Of a stretch of DNA of 64,000 bases, positions 11,440-24,252 are shown piece by piece. Origin of the DNA: Histomonas meleagridis 2922-C6/04-290x (lineage: Eukaryota; Protista; Parabasalia). The position numbers and the translations under genes are program-made. Numbering within the stretch: position 1 is the stretch's first letter; every line of letters starts with the position of its first letter. The DNA lies in NCBI GenBank assembly GCA_020184695.1, contig JAANOX010000126.1, positions 645,897 to 709,896 on the forward strand, in the 5' to 3' direction. The notes under the pieces were generated by a model that ran no database searches, was not told the origin of the DNA, and saw only the letters and a list, made by a program, of their open reading frames with translations.

Positions 11440-12456
11440 ATGAATTCTTTAGTTATTGGTGCAGGACAAAACTTTTCTGGTCAAGTTGGCGCTGAATCAG
11501 ATGATTCTTCAGCTAATGGTTATCCAATTGTAAAAGTACCAGTAGCTATTCCTATTGATCCTAAAGGAATAGTTTCAATAGCAGCCGGATTTAAACATTC
11601 CGTCTTTGTTTTTGATGACGGTAAGGTAGTTGTTATTGGAGATGATAGAAATTCACAAATTGGTACTCCTGATAAACAAGCGTATTTAAAGCCAACAAGT
11701 GTAACTATAAATACACAGCAAAAAATACTTCAAGCAGCTTGTGGTCAATATTATACAGCTTATTTACTTGATGATGGTTCAATTTTAATATGTGGCTGGA
11801 GGAGAAATGGCGAACCATTTACCTTTAAACCCGATGAAAAATTTGTTTTCATTAATGCAGGATTTGATTCTCCTGTAGCCATTGATTCCAAAGGTGATTT
11901 TTATATATTTGATTCTGATTATACAAAACCCCCACAAAAGTATCATTTAGATCAACCAGTCTATGACATAGCGCGTGGCCAAGATTTTGTACTTGTTGTA
12001 ACCCTTGATAACAAAGTCTATGGCAATGGTATAATGAATGAAGATAAATCACAAGATTTCAAACTCATCAAATCTCTTTCTCCATACAAGATAACACGCG
12101 TCTATGCAAGTTATTCCGTTGCAGGCGCACTCTCCGATGACGGCAAAGCTCTTCTTCACGCGCAGGAAGGATTCGTTGTCGTCGAAGGTCTTCAAGACGA
12201 GAAAATCATTGATATGGACGTCGGCCAATATTACTCCATATTCGTCGCCGAAGATGGGAAGATGTACAGCTGCGGCGATAATATTTATGGGGAACTTCTT
12301 TTGGGAAGGACTGATGATCAGCCTGTGTCGATCACGTTGGGGCCTTTCTCGCTGAGGTCAAAGATTTCATACGTGAAATGCGGAACGCATCATTCATTCG
12401 CAATTGTAAACGGTGGAAATGTGCCGCACTTAGGAAAGATGGCTTTCAATAAATGA
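11440..12456 (+). CDS. RCC1/BLIP-II repeat beta-propeller protein
   Basis: GAGQNFSGQVG, IAAGFKHSVF, AACGQYYT, SCGDNIYGELLLG and VKCGTHHS repeats; first ATG at 11440. Confidence 0.9.
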   Translation: MNSLVIGAGQNFSGQVGAESDDSSANGYPIVKVPVAIPIDPKGIVSIAAGFKHSVFVFDDGKVVVIGDDRNSQIGTPDKQAYLKPTSVTINTQQKILQAACGQYYTAYLLDDGSILICGWRRNGEPFTFKPDEKFVFINAGFDSPVAIDSKGDFYIFDSDYTKPPQKYHLDQPVYDIARGQDFVLVVTLDNKVYGNGIMNEDKSQDFKLIKSLSPYKITRVYASYSVAGALSDDGKALLHAQEGFVVVEGLQDEKIIDMDVGQYYSIFVAEDGKMYSCGDNIYGELLLGRTDDQPVSITLGPFSLRSKISYVKCGTHHSFAIVNGGNVPHLGKMAFNK

Positions 12457-12845
12457 ATAATTGAAAGAGAAGAAAAGTTTATTGTAAAAATTGTTTTTTT
12501 TTTTATGCAATTGTTGTGAATGGTTTCTTACTTAAATGAAAACGAAATAAATAAATCATTAATTTGTTTTGAAGAACTTGAAATCAATGGGAATATAAAA
12601 ACGTTATAGTGGTTTGTTGTTTATTCTTGTTATTCATTAAATAAATAAATTCTTTAGAGATGGATGGTCATGCCAACAAAAAGGCAGAAGATCATTCGAA
12701 CTCAAGAAATTTCTTACTTCTTATTAATATAATATTATCAAAAAATTTAATTTGACCGTTTATATTTCAAAAAAATGCCGTCGTGGCAAAACGGTCGTTT
12801 TTGTGGGGCACTCCCATTGAAAATTACCCCTTGAAATGTTAAATT

Positions 12846-15559
12846 ATGGAAACAACTTGTCGAATAGAGCAAAACAATATTGCTAAATTCCAGCCGAATA
12901 TTCAAAATTTCGAAGCTGCTGTAAAGAAGGCAGAGGGAAAACCAATTATTTTTGTAACTATTTTTGGTCAATATCAAATTGGGAAATCGTCAACAATCAA
13001 AAATCTTATCAATGATTTGAATATTCAAATTGGCGATGGGATGAACGATCAAACGATGGGAGCTTTTGTTTATGGGCCAATTTCTTTAAATTTTCTCCGA
13101 AAAAGATTTGGAATGGAAGAGATAACAGTGATGAGACGCAAATATTTTTTGTTGATACAGAAGGATCAGACGGGAAAGAAGGAAATGGAAATCCTATAGC
13201 TTCACAAAATTTAATGATTCAACTCATCTCACCATATGTGATACTTTCGGATGTTATCATACCTACGATTCCTCCAAATGTAGTCTCCGACTCTCTCCAA
13301 ACGTATCAAGCTATTCTTAATTCAGTTAATCAAATATACCTTGCAACGATGGGGTGTCAAATAGTCAAACGCATTATTGGACTTGTACCATCAGTTGCTG
13401 AATATCAACCTGAAAAAGAAGGAAAATTCAAAAAGAAACAGAAAAAGGTTACCAAATCAATGAACATAAAATTTCATAACAGTATTTCTTTCACTGAGTA
13501 TATTCCCCTTTCATATTACAACAATAGCTTTGATGTATTTAATCAAGATCTATCATTTAAAGCTGGTTTTAAGATCTTTGCGCAGCATTTAATTAAACAC
13601 ATTGAAGAAACAAGTAAAGAATTTGTCCTTAGTTCTGACGAAGCTATTGCTATGTTTAAGAAGGTAACAGAATGCACTGAAGTTAATAATTACTATGAAA
13701 TTGCACAACAAGCTATAAAACATGCGAAGAATGAAATGTTATTTAAGAAATACGATCCAATTGTTAATGAAATGATTGATAATGAAATTAATGAATTACA
13801 GAAACAAATTGATGAACTTCAAAATGAATTTGAAAATGAAAAAATTATTAAATATTGTCCAATAAATTCTGAATGTATTGTTAAAAAATTAAATGGAGAA
13901 ATTGCAAAATTTGATATCGATGATGTTTTATCAAGTGAATTTAAACGAAGAGTTTTAGAAAATATATCGAAAAAAGTTAATGAATTTAATAATTTATATA
14001 ATAAAATTAAGGAAAAGCAAACCGAATATATTGAAGAGATTTTTATGTCATATATTAAAGAAAAAGAAAACGAATGTAAAGAAAAAATTCAAAATACAAA
14101 ATTATCAAAATTATCAAAAATCTTAAAATTAATTAATTTTTATGAATTCGAAAATGAATGTGAATTAAAACTTACTGAACTTTTTTCCGATTTTCGGATT
14201 TTTTTTGATATTAAAAGTAAAATAAAAGAAAAAATTGAAAATGAACAAATAATTTTAACAATAAAAAACGAATTAAAGAAATTAGCAAAAGAAAAAGCTA
14301 AAGAAAATACAGAAGAATCAATAAAACAACTTGAAGAATTAGCAGACACAATCATCGAAGAAGAAATCGAATCACAAAAAAGTAAAATCGCCGAAAGTAA
14401 AAATATCACCGATTTTAATGAAAGCAAATTCACTTTAATCAGTCAAACAAAACGAAAATGTTTAAATGCACTTAAAAAAGAATTCAAAGAAGAATTTAAA
14501 GAAAAATTAGATGACAACAAAGAAGAAATAATGGACAAATATATATATCATCAATTAGTTAAACGAATGAATGAAATAAATTCGTTCATCTCTGAAAGTA
14601 ACAAAAGACAAATCGATGAAATAACAAGAAAAATTGAAAGTGAAATGCGATTATTCATTAACGAGAAAATACAAAAAGCAACAGCACAAATTGATGAAAT
14701 GTTTTCTACTGATACAAATGAAATCTTAGATAAAAGTAAAATCAAAAGAATCGAAAGTGAATGTCAACAAAAGTTAGAACAATTATGTAATGATTTATCT
14801 ATTAATCAAACAGTACGCGAACGAATCGAATCATTTATTAAACAAGAAACGAAGACAAACATTGATCAAATTAGTTCAATAGCAGAAAATGCAGCACAAA
14901 AAAATGCACAAACATTAATACAACAACTTCAAGAAATGGCAGACGGAATAGTTAATAATGAAATGACAAATCAAGAAAACAAAATACGTCGAAGTGATTA
15001 TGATAAGTTAAAAACAACATCAATGAATTTGCAACAATCAATCATTACTAATTGTATTAGTAACTTAAGATTAAGTTGTAATTGTCGAGTTAAAGAAAAC
15101 ATACAAAAGAGAATAGAAAATTATATTACAGAGAAAATATCAAAGCAAATGCAAGAGTTAAATCAACTTAAATCTGATGAAAGAAATAAGAAACTGAAGA
15201 AAATAATACAAAGTTATAAAGAAATGATTAACAATGAAATAGAAAATGGTAAAATGAAAGCTGAAATGGAAATTAGTGATAAATCTGATGTTAACTTTAA
15301 AGATATTTATCCAGAGAATACAATTAAATTCATTGATAAAAAATGTGATGCAATTATCGAAGGAGCAATAAGTGAAATCCAAGATGAACTAAATCAATAT
15401 AAAATTATGGAAATGAAAAATTGTCAAGAAGAGTTATGCGAAATGACTAAAAGTATAGCAAAAAAGAATAGAAAGAACAAGGAAAAAGTACGTAAAATCC
15501 TTTGGGATGTGGCAGAGAGCGTGACATGCATTGCTGTGAAACTATTTTTCCCATTTTAA
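12846..15559 (+). CDS. GBP/atlastin-like (GB1/RHD3-type) large GTPase with long coiled-coil tail; one frameshift near 13120
   Basis: P-loop GQYQIGKSS and G2-like QTMG in ORF 12846-13199. The other frame gives QIFFVDTEG (G3) and is continuous with ORF 13214-15559, which is E/K-rich and coiled-coil-like. Confidence 0.7.
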
Positions 15560-16044
15560 AAGGTTTATGAGTAAAACATATGAAATTTTAAAGAACATTT
15601 GTTCAAATATCGATTTTTAAAATAAACTAAATTGATATTTATAGAAATGTGTTATGTGTTGACGTTCCAAATTGTAAATAAAGAAATATTTCAAATAAAA
15701 AGAAGATGATTATAAATATGGATTTTGATTTCTTTAGAAATAAATAAAAAAAAAATCGATCAAATAGTGCAGAAGGTAAAATTATGATAAGGAAAAAATT
15801 TAATCAATATATGCATATTTTAGAAATATTTATTTTATTGCCAGATGCATCCAACTATTGCTTTACAAAATAAACATACCCTTTTGGTCTCCAAAAAGTT
15901 GTTCATTTACAGCGAGCACCTTATGTGAATTTCAGCGGGATTCAGCAGAAAAAGACCGAAGGCTTCCCAGCGATGATAAAACCATAGCCGAACCTCACCC
16001 CCACATCGTAGCGGTTTTTTCAATGCCATTCGAATTCGAATTGA

Positions 16045-19000
16045 ATGCTTTATAAAGGTTGTGTAAACAGTTATTTTCAATTGTTATTTGAACGTTTTGG
16101 ATGTTTCACTTTCCTTGCAATTCTTTTCGTTTATGCACAACAGATATTCATTGAAGGCAATGATACATTGATAATCCTCAATGAAAATGATTTAACTAAT
16201 GAATACAAAGACATTACGAAGCATATTTTGATTTATGGCATAATTCCAAAAAGCTCATTCAACGAGTGGCCAAACATTATTTCTGTAAACATAAGTAATT
16301 CAGTCCGTTTGATTGACTCAAATTCTTTTTCAAATTGCAATAAATTAGAAAACATTAACTTTGGCGAAAACTTAATAACTATTGGTACCTATGCATTTTC
16401 CTATTGTATATCTTTGACAAATATCAATCTTCCTAATTCAGTTACGACAATTGGTGAAACTTCATTTTCATTTTGTACATCATTAAAGAAAATTATTTTT
16501 AGTGAAAACATAAAAAAAAATTGGCGCTCAAGCATTTGGTAATTGTTACATGCCTCAAAGCATTAAAATTCCACCTTTACTTTCGATTATTGCTGCTTAT
16601 ACATTCCAGAAGTGCACAAGTTTAACGACGGTTATCCTCAACGATAACATAGAATTAATTGGAGATCGTGCTTTTAATGAATGTTATTCGTTACGAAACA
16701 TTACAATTCCAAATTCAGTGATCACGATAATGGGTACAGCATTTCGTAAATGTTATAATTTAGAAAATGTAATTTTGAGTGGAAATTTAACAGATATTGG
16801 TTTTTCAATGTTTGATAACTGCATTTCATTACGCAATATAACAATTCCAAATTCAGTTACCAGTATTAATTCTTATGCTTTTTCCAACTGCACAAATTTA
16901 GAAGCGATTTATGGTGGCGAAAACATTGAAAGAATTGATAATAAAGCATTTTATTCATGTTTCAAATTAAATGTAATTAGTTTTAGTAATTTAACCATAA
17001 TTAAAAATAATGCATTTGAATCATGTTTAAGTATCGAAACGATTTCATTTCCATCTGTAACTTATATTGGCAATAATTGTTTTTTACATTGCCAAAATCT
17101 CAAAAATGTTTCGTTACCTAAAATCGAGATATGTTCAGATGGATGTTTTTCAGAATGTACACATTTAATGCATGCAGATATACCTAATGTTAAACGCATT
17201 GGAGTTTTTTCGTTTTCTTATTGTTCTTTAGTTAACATTGATTATCCAAATGTTGAATTCATTAATGAGACAGCATTTTATTGTTGTTTACATCTTGTTT
17301 CATTTCGATTTGAAAATGTTCAAAGAATTTGTAACAATGCGTTTGAGAAATGTATTTATTTAACAAGTTGTTATTTTCCAAATCTTATTGAAGCAGGTGA
17401 TTATTTATTTAAAGAATGCAAATCTTTAACTACTGTTAAAGCGCCTAAACTTATAAAATGTGGTCAAAAAATGTTTCAAGGACAAAACAATATCCAAAAT
17501 TTCGATCTTCCAAGTCTCGAAGTAGCTCCCGATTATTTATTTTCGAACATCAATGATATATATACAATTAATATTCCGAATTGTAAAACGTTTGGGAAAT
17601 CATGTTTTGCGAACTCAAAAATAGATATCTATTATCTCAGCATTGAGATTTTACAGTTCAATGTAACATTTATTGACGATTATTGTTTCGATAGTTGTTT
17701 TATCATTGGTAATGTTTATTTTCCATATTTGGAATATATTGGTAATTATTCATTTTATAATTCTTCGATAACTTCTTTCAATTTTCCTTCATTAAAAATT
17801 TGCGGTGATTATGCGTTTAAATGTTGCGATGTCTACAACCCAGATGGTAATATAAATTGGTCGAATTTGGAATTTCTTGGTAATGAAGTTTTTGGTGATA
17901 ATACATTTCAAAATTTCTTTGCACCAAAGTTAATCGAAATTGGCAATCGATGTTTTGTTGATCAACAAGAATTAAATAATATTTATATTCCAAATGTAGA
18001 AAAACTTGGAGACGAATGTTTTATGAATTCTAATATCGAAAAAATCAATTTCGATAAATTATTAACAATTGGAGAAAAATGTTTTTATAATTGTAGTCAT
18101 ATAAAATATTTTAATAATTCAAATATTAAAGAAATTGGTAATTCTGCATTTGAGTTATGTAAAAATCTTGAAACAATTACATTGTTAAATATAACAGAAA
18201 TAAAATCATTTGTATTTAGTGTTTGTAATAAATTAATACATTTAAATATTCCGAAATTACAAATTGTTGGCGAATTTGCATTTTATAAATGTCAATCACT
18301 GAAAGAAATTAATTTTCCAAATGTTGTGCAAATTAATAATTCGGTATTTGAGGATTGTTATAATATGTCAACAATTAATTTACCAAACATTGTAAACATT
18401 AAACAAAATTTATTTAAGAATTGTATATCATTAACAAATATTAAAATAAATAATATAAATGAAATTGGAAATTCAGCATTTGAAAATTGTATAAAACTTC
18501 AAAGTATTAATTTATCTCAAATTACATGTATACCATCAAAATGTTTTTATAATTGTCAAAATTTAATAAATATTTCATTAGAAAATATCGAAGAAATTGG
18601 AACATTTGCATTTTTCTTATTGTTTTTCTATAACAAAAATTGAATTGAACAAATTGAGTACTTTACAAAGTAATGTATTTGAAAATTGTAAATCATTGAA
18701 AATTGCGAAATTTGGAATTCTAGAATGACATGAAATTAAAGGTGATTATTGTTTTAAGAATTGTATATCACTTGAATTGATTCATATGCCTTCATTAATA
18801 TCAATTCCATTAAATCTGAAAAATGTGTTTGAAAATTGTTCTTCACTTTCTATCATTTCATTTCCTGATGAACCGCCGAATATGAATTCGAATATATTTG
18901 CTAATATGAATCGAAATGTTATTAAAGAAGAAGGACATTTAGTTTATGATATCAAATTGTGTTTACCATTTAAAAAGAATTATCCAAATTATGACGTGAA

Positions 19001-19256
19001 CAAGACGAAAGTTTGGAATAATATTTTGGCAATTGAACCTGACAATTATTTCGATGTTTGCATATATGCAAAAGATTCGAAAACCAACCAAACAGGTTTC
19101 ATTGTCGCTATTGCCGTTTCTTCTGTTGTTTTTGTTTTGATTATTGTGATTGTCTCTGTGCTATATTATATGAAGAATAAAAAGAATCAGAGACTGAGAG
19201 CCGAAATCGATGAACACATTTTGTTGTCTTTGTCTGTTGTTACAGATTTTGGATAA
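16045..19256 (+). CDS. BspA-like (TpLRR) leucine-rich-repeat surface protein with C-terminal TM helix; split by frameshifts
   Basis: Repeats LxxIxIPNSVTxIxxxAFxxCxxL across ORFs 16045-16542, 16550-18643 and 18777-19256; TM GFIVAIAVSSVVFVLIIVIVSVLYY followed by a basic stop-transfer; first break at an A8 run (~16512). Confidence 0.9.
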
Positions 19257-19360
19257 AACATAATATTATGTGCTAAAGCGTTTTATTTATAAAAATGATA
19301 TAATTAAAAATTTTATTGTTTGATAATAAAAAAAATTTTCCCATTTCTCATTCCATTTTT

Positions 19361-19384
19361 TGTGTGTGTGTGTGTGTGTGTGTG
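19361..19384. repeat. (TG)12 microsatellite
   Basis: Read directly from the sequence, between two convergent 3' ends. Confidence 0.97.
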
Positions 19385-19634
19385 AAAGATTCTTTATTTA
19401 AATATTGAAAATCTATTTTAGATTTGAGAGAAGTAAAGAAAACTTTGTAAAAGAAATAGTTATTATCACAAAAAATTTATTTATCATAAAACATTTGATT
19501 TCACGTTATACATTTTTTTTTTACTTTTTCCAAATTAAAAACATAAATAATATTTACCATGGTAATCATTCAGCGAAAACTTCCATAACATCCGCCGAAT
19601 TATTTTTTGTTATTTCCCAATAACAATATATATG

Positions 19635-20690
19635 TTATGTGTGATTAGACTTGACTCTAAATCTCTGTGTCACTTCTTTCACTGCTTTCGATCTATGACA
19701 GAACATCGATGAAGCCGAGTGAACAAATGTGTTTTTAACATTAGAGTTGTCATACTCCAATTTGTAATCATTAAGAATTGAATCATCAAATGTCATCCCA
19801 TTCGATATCCGTTGTATCGTGTTCCACTTCGGCTTTTCGAGTAACTTCCGAATCCAAACAATTCGCCGTGGTATCGATGGCGCTTGGAACAATGGATGTT
19901 CAACAATTTCTTTCATCGTTAAACGTTCGCTCGGGTCGACCGTTATCGTTCGATGGATGAGATCGACAACCATCTCCGGGAGGCCCTTCCTGAGGCGGAT
20001 TGTGCCTTGGGAAACCTTCTCCTTGAGCCCTCCTAATGATTCGTATTCCCATGGGGAGTAACCGTTGGCCATTATTGCAAATGTGACACCTAACGACCAA
20101 CAATCTGCTTTAAGTGGATCATGTGACTTCTTTTGAAATATCTCTGGTGCAGTAAAGGCTAATGAGCCTGCAAAGGATTTACATAATTGACCATTAACCG
20201 TTTTCATACAAAGACCAAAATCTGCAACTTTGGGGTTGTTGGCATAATCTAGTAAAACATTACTTGGCTTAATGTCGTTATGAGCAATGCCTTTGTTATG
20301 ACTATATAATAATGCATTTGAAATTAATTTTCCAATAAAAATAAATCTGTCAAGTGATAATCCGGATGTTTTGTTGATTTCGGCTTGAAGTGAACCATTT
20401 GGACAGTATTCAAGTATGAGATAATACTTATTTGCAATACAGAAATGATCATAGAGTCGAATGATGTTTGGATGATCAAGAGATGATAAAGCATTGACTT
20501 CTGCATCAAAGGCTTTCCATTTTTCAGACTGAGAACCTTCTGTCATCATAACTTTTGCAACAAATGGACAACCAAATCTTTTATCATTTACCAAATATAC
20601 TTCTGCAAAACCACCACGTCCAACCATTTCGATGAATTCATAATCTTTTACTGTGAATAATACCTGTTCTGGCGGATTTTGTGGGTGCAT
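19635..20690 (-). CDS. CAMK-group Ser/Thr protein kinase
   Basis: VGRGGFAEV, FVAKVM, HNDIKPSNVLL, DFG, GSLAFTAPE, DCWSLGV. Confidence 0.92.
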   Translation of the reverse strand: MHPQNPPEQVLFTVKDYEFIEMVGRGGFAEVYLVNDKRFGCPFVAKVMMTEGSQSEKWKAFDAEVNALSSLDHPNIIRLYDHFCIANKYYLILEYCPNGSLQAEINKTSGLSLDRFIFIGKLISNALLYSHNKGIAHNDIKPSNVLLDYANNPKVADFGLCMKTVNGQLCKSFAGSLAFTAPEIFQKKSHDPLKADCWSLGVTFAIMANGYSPWEYESLGGLKEKVSQGTIRLRKGLPEMVVDLIHRTITVDPSERLTMKEIVEHPLFQAPSIPRRIVWIRKLLEKPKWNTIQRISNGMTFDDSILNDYKLEYDNSNVKNTFVHSASSMFCHRSKAVKEVTQRFRVKSNHT

Positions 20691-21106
20691 CCGCGAAACT
20701 TATAATTTACTGGAAATGAAAGCGACTTTTTGAATGCCAAGAATATGGTTCCCATTGTTCACAAAATCTTGAGCACAATTTTTCAGAGGTTGAAATCGAA
20801 CGTTCCTCTGAAATTTTTCTTGCCCTTCATTCAATAGTGGTTGACCAAAACTTTCAGGGTAACGACCAATTACTCGCTCAAAACTAACCATACAAAAGGC
20901 AAAACGTTCGAGAAATATTTCTTAAGTTTTTGGTTGATGTATAAAAAAAAAATATTTATTTAACGTTATACCATATTGTTGTATATGTTATTGTTTTATG
21001 CTTTTGTTGAAATTTTTTATGTTCAATGTGTATAATATGACTTGAAATAAACATGAATAAATATTGTTATGAGCGCACATAAAAATATAAAAATCAAACA
21101 TAAAGT

Positions 21107-21625
21107 TTATTGAAATATTTCTGAAATCCATCGAAATATATCAGTTAACCCAATACCATTCACAGAACTTGTTTCTAAAAATTTAATCCTTTCTGTGTTG
21201 AGGAGATTCTCAAAACCAATGATCTCGTCTATTGTATTGAAAGTAAGAGATTCCGGAATATCACATTTTGAAAGTGCAACCAAAACTTGTTTCTCTTTAA
21301 GGTCTTCATCATTTAGCAAGCGGTTTAGATAAACAACATTATATGCAGTTTTAGTATAATCAGCAGAATCAAAAACATAAACAATTGCCTTAGAATCAAT
21401 TGAATGACTTTTCCATTCTTTAATTGAAGCACCTCCAAGCTCTTGAAGTGATAATGGTTTTCCTTTTAGCTTTAAATTTGATGTTGAAATTCCTTCTGTC
21501 GGTGTAGTTGTAGGAATCGGGTCAAAAGGGGTGAGCTTCTTTTTGTTTAATAGTTCCAACATTCTTTTAATTAATAGAGATTTTCCTGAACTATTTGGCC
21601 CAAGGAAAATTATTTTATCGCTCAT
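21107..21625 (-). CDS. Arf-like (Arl) small GTPase, divergent
   Basis: GPNSSGKS, ELGG (G3 variant), YVFDSAD, LSKCD (G4 variant), ETSSVNGIG. Confidence 0.85.
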   Translation of the reverse strand: MSDKIIFLGPNSSGKSLLIKRMLELLNKKKLTPFDPIPTTTPTEGISTSNLKLKGKPLSLQELGGASIKEWKSHSIDSKAIVYVFDSADYTKTAYNVVYLNRLLNDEDLKEKQVLVALSKCDIPESLTFNTIDEIIGFENLLNTERIKFLETSSVNGIGLTDIFRWISEIFQ

Positions 21626-21768
21626 TTTTTAAATAACGTTTTTTAATATTTAGGGCAAAAATTACCCACAAAAAGAAAAGTGACGAATAAAAAACGGTTA
21701 TTTAATTTCGTTTTTATTAATTCATAAGCGCAAAATCATTTTGAAATAAATAATTAAATATTTAATTG

Positions 21769-22614
21769 TCAGACATAATTATCCGATGTATTATAATAAT
21801 CAGCTCTACGTTTACGATAACAACGCCAAGCAATAAATCCACAGATTCCGAATATTATAGCAAATACAATAACAACAATTTGGGTTGTATTCGAAGGTTT
21901 TTTAGGGATAACCCATGTTTTATGATCAGAGTAATCATTCCATTTGCAAAGATCTCCTGCGCAAAGAGAATTAATGGAAGTTGGGTGAAGAGAATTAATT
22001 GAATTACTTGTTGATGATAATGAAAATTCGGCAACACCTCCAACATCACGAAAACCTGTTTTATATATAATTTCCATTGTGCCAGAAACAGGATTTAAAA
22101 TTTCGGTAGAATTGACATCAGTTAAATCAAATATTTCCGGAGTTTTGGTATATGAGATTGTGGTATCTTCTCCAGTACAACCATTTGTGATTTTGTACGA
22201 ATATTCATTGTTTTTGTCCCAGGCAAACCAAAAGCAAATTGCTTGATAATTTTCCATTGTTGTATTAGCTGTTTCAGTATAGTCAAGTGAAACTTCCCAT
22301 GAATGTGATGATGGTGGGTTAATATAAATATCAATATTATTACAACTATTGTTGAGTTTAAATAAAGAATAATAAAATGGTTGTGTTTCGCTAGATGGAT
22401 TTGAAATTGTAATGCTTGCTGTTGTGGTAAAATTGATAATGTAATGTTGTGTATTTCCAAATATTGGTGTAGAACCTAAAGATCCTGTGATGTCTTGTGG
22501 ATTAATGGGAACTAAAACATTACCGCCAGGAATAGTAATGGTTGCTACTTCTTCTACTGCAAGAGTGTACTTGTATTGATCTCCAAATACTAACGAAAAT
22601 AGAACGAAAAGCAT
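21769..22614 (-). CDS. Type I membrane protein of unknown function (paralog of 23011-23979)
   Basis: Signal peptide MLFVLFSLVFG, TM IVVIVFAIIFGICGFIAW followed by RRKRR; shares motifs DIYxNPP, QAICFWF and VLVP with its neighbour. Confidence 0.8.
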   Translation of the reverse strand: MLFVLFSLVFGDQYKYTLAVEEVATITIPGGNVLVPINPQDITGSLGSTPIFGNTQHYIINFTTTASITISNPSSETQPFYYSLFKLNNSCNNIDIYINPPSSHSWEVSLDYTETANTTMENYQAICFWFAWDKNNEYSYKITNGCTGEDTTISYTKTPEIFDLTDVNSTEILNPVSGTMEIIYKTGFRDVGGVAEFSLSSTSNSINSLHPTSINSLCAGDLCKWNDYSDHKTWVIPKKPSNTTQIVVIVFAIIFGICGFIAWRCYRKRRADYYNTSDNYV

Positions 22615-23010
22615 CAGGGGGCTTTCCTAAAAACAATTACCCAAAATGACATACAATTTTCTAGGCTATTATCAATTTTGAAAGCTTTAAACGAAGTTAT
22701 ATACTTAGAAAAAATGTTTTTGTAAACCATACAAATACAATCAAGTTCTAACGTAGAAAAATCGATAATTTAATTGGGAAAAAGTTCGAAAAAATTGATT
22801 AGAAATGCAATACAACAAAATAATCATGTGAACGATCTATTAGACATGAAATTATTTTCGACAATATTTCTTAAAATATCAAAAGTATACATCCCAAATA
22901 ATCATTGCTATGACTATGGTACCAAAAATTTGACATTTTCATAACCGCGGTTCTCAAAAATTTGTGATGAATGAATCATTGAAAAAGTGGTGGAGTTATC
23001 GAATGCTTTA

Positions 23011-23979
23011 TTAATTTGGATAAGCAGGTGGATAACCTTGTTGTGGTGGATATTGTGGTGGGTATTGTGGTGGATAATCAGATGACTGTGACTTGTCTTT
23101 AACAAGAACGAAATTATTTGATGATCGAGATCCAGCACAGCATCCGCAACATGCGCCACAGGCAGCACCGCAACAGCAACAACAAGCAATGATGGAGACA
23201 ACGACAACGACAACAACACCGACAGCAACGCCAATAAGGATTTTGGCAAGGGATGAAAGGCCACTGATTGTGGTGTTCCAAAATGTTTCATCCACGTAAT
23301 CATTCCATACGCAATCAGAAGTGGAACAAACCAAGTTCCATTTATCTGGTCTATAATAATTTTGAATTATATCTGATGTTGTTAAAGTAAAATCAGCTGA
23401 ACCTTGAATGTTAGAGTCATCAGTCTTAAATATAATTTCCATGGCTCCAGTTTTAGGTTCAAGATTAACTTCACTTGAAACTTCTGTTGTAGAATAGGAT
23501 TCAGGATGTTCTGTGTACGAAATATAGTCATATGTCTCAAGGCCATTGTTTCTGATTGTGAAAGTATATTTGTATTTTTGATCCCAAATAAACCAAAAGC
23601 AGATTGCTTGTTTGTCAAGCATTGTTGTATTTGCTGTTGAAATATATGCTGATGAAACAGTCCATGTGTGCTTTGGTGGTGGGTTGACGTAAATATCAAT
23701 ACTATTGCAATAATCATTGAGTTGGAATAAATAATAAATAAAAGTTTTGGTTTCCAAACCTGGATTTCGAACAGTAAATGAAGAATCAGATGTGAAATTC
23801 AGGATCTTATTGCCTGTTTGCCCAAAAATATTATAAGAACCAAAGGTTCCTTCGAAATCATTTGGATAAAGTGGAACAAGGACATTATTAGCTCTAACAG
23901 AGATGCTCTTTGATTCACCTGGTGCGAGGCTTACCTCAACTTTATCTCCAAAAGCAAGGGAGAGGAGCAAAAAGAACAT
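23011..23979 (-). CDS. Type I membrane protein with Cys-rich juxtamembrane tract and (YPPQ)n tail
   Basis: Signal peptide, TM ILIGVAVGVVVVVVVSIIA, CCCCCGAACGACCGCC, YPPQYPPQYPPQQGYPP. Confidence 0.82.
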   Translation of the reverse strand: MFFLLLSLAFGDKVEVSLAPGESKSISVRANNVLVPLYPNDFEGTFGSYNIFGQTGNKILNFTSDSSFTVRNPGLETKTFIYYLFQLNDYCNSIDIYVNPPPKHTWTVSSAYISTANTTMLDKQAICFWFIWDQKYKYTFTIRNNGLETYDYISYTEHPESYSTTEVSSEVNLEPKTGAMEIIFKTDDSNIQGSADFTLTTSDIIQNYYRPDKWNLVCSTSDCVWNDYVDETFWNTTISGLSSLAKILIGVAVGVVVVVVVSIIACCCCCGAACGACCGCCAGSRSSNNFVLVKDKSQSSDYPPQYPPQYPPQQGYPPAYPN

Positions 23980-24252
23980 TCGAATGGCTCAAATTTTGAT
24001 TCAATTTTCTGAAGCACTTTACCGCATTCAAAAAGTGTTTATCGTTTTCACCCAGCGGTTGTTTACTGTCATTTCCTTCAATGTTCTAAGGAAACATCGT
24101 TCTGCTTTACAAACGGTTGTTTTATTGTATTAAAAAATGTGGTTTCACAGAAAATTGAAGGCAGATATTTCAATTGAAAGTTAAACACATTGACATGTCA
24201 ACAAAATTCACACGATTTGACACAAAATACAAAATAAGAATATAATAACAAT

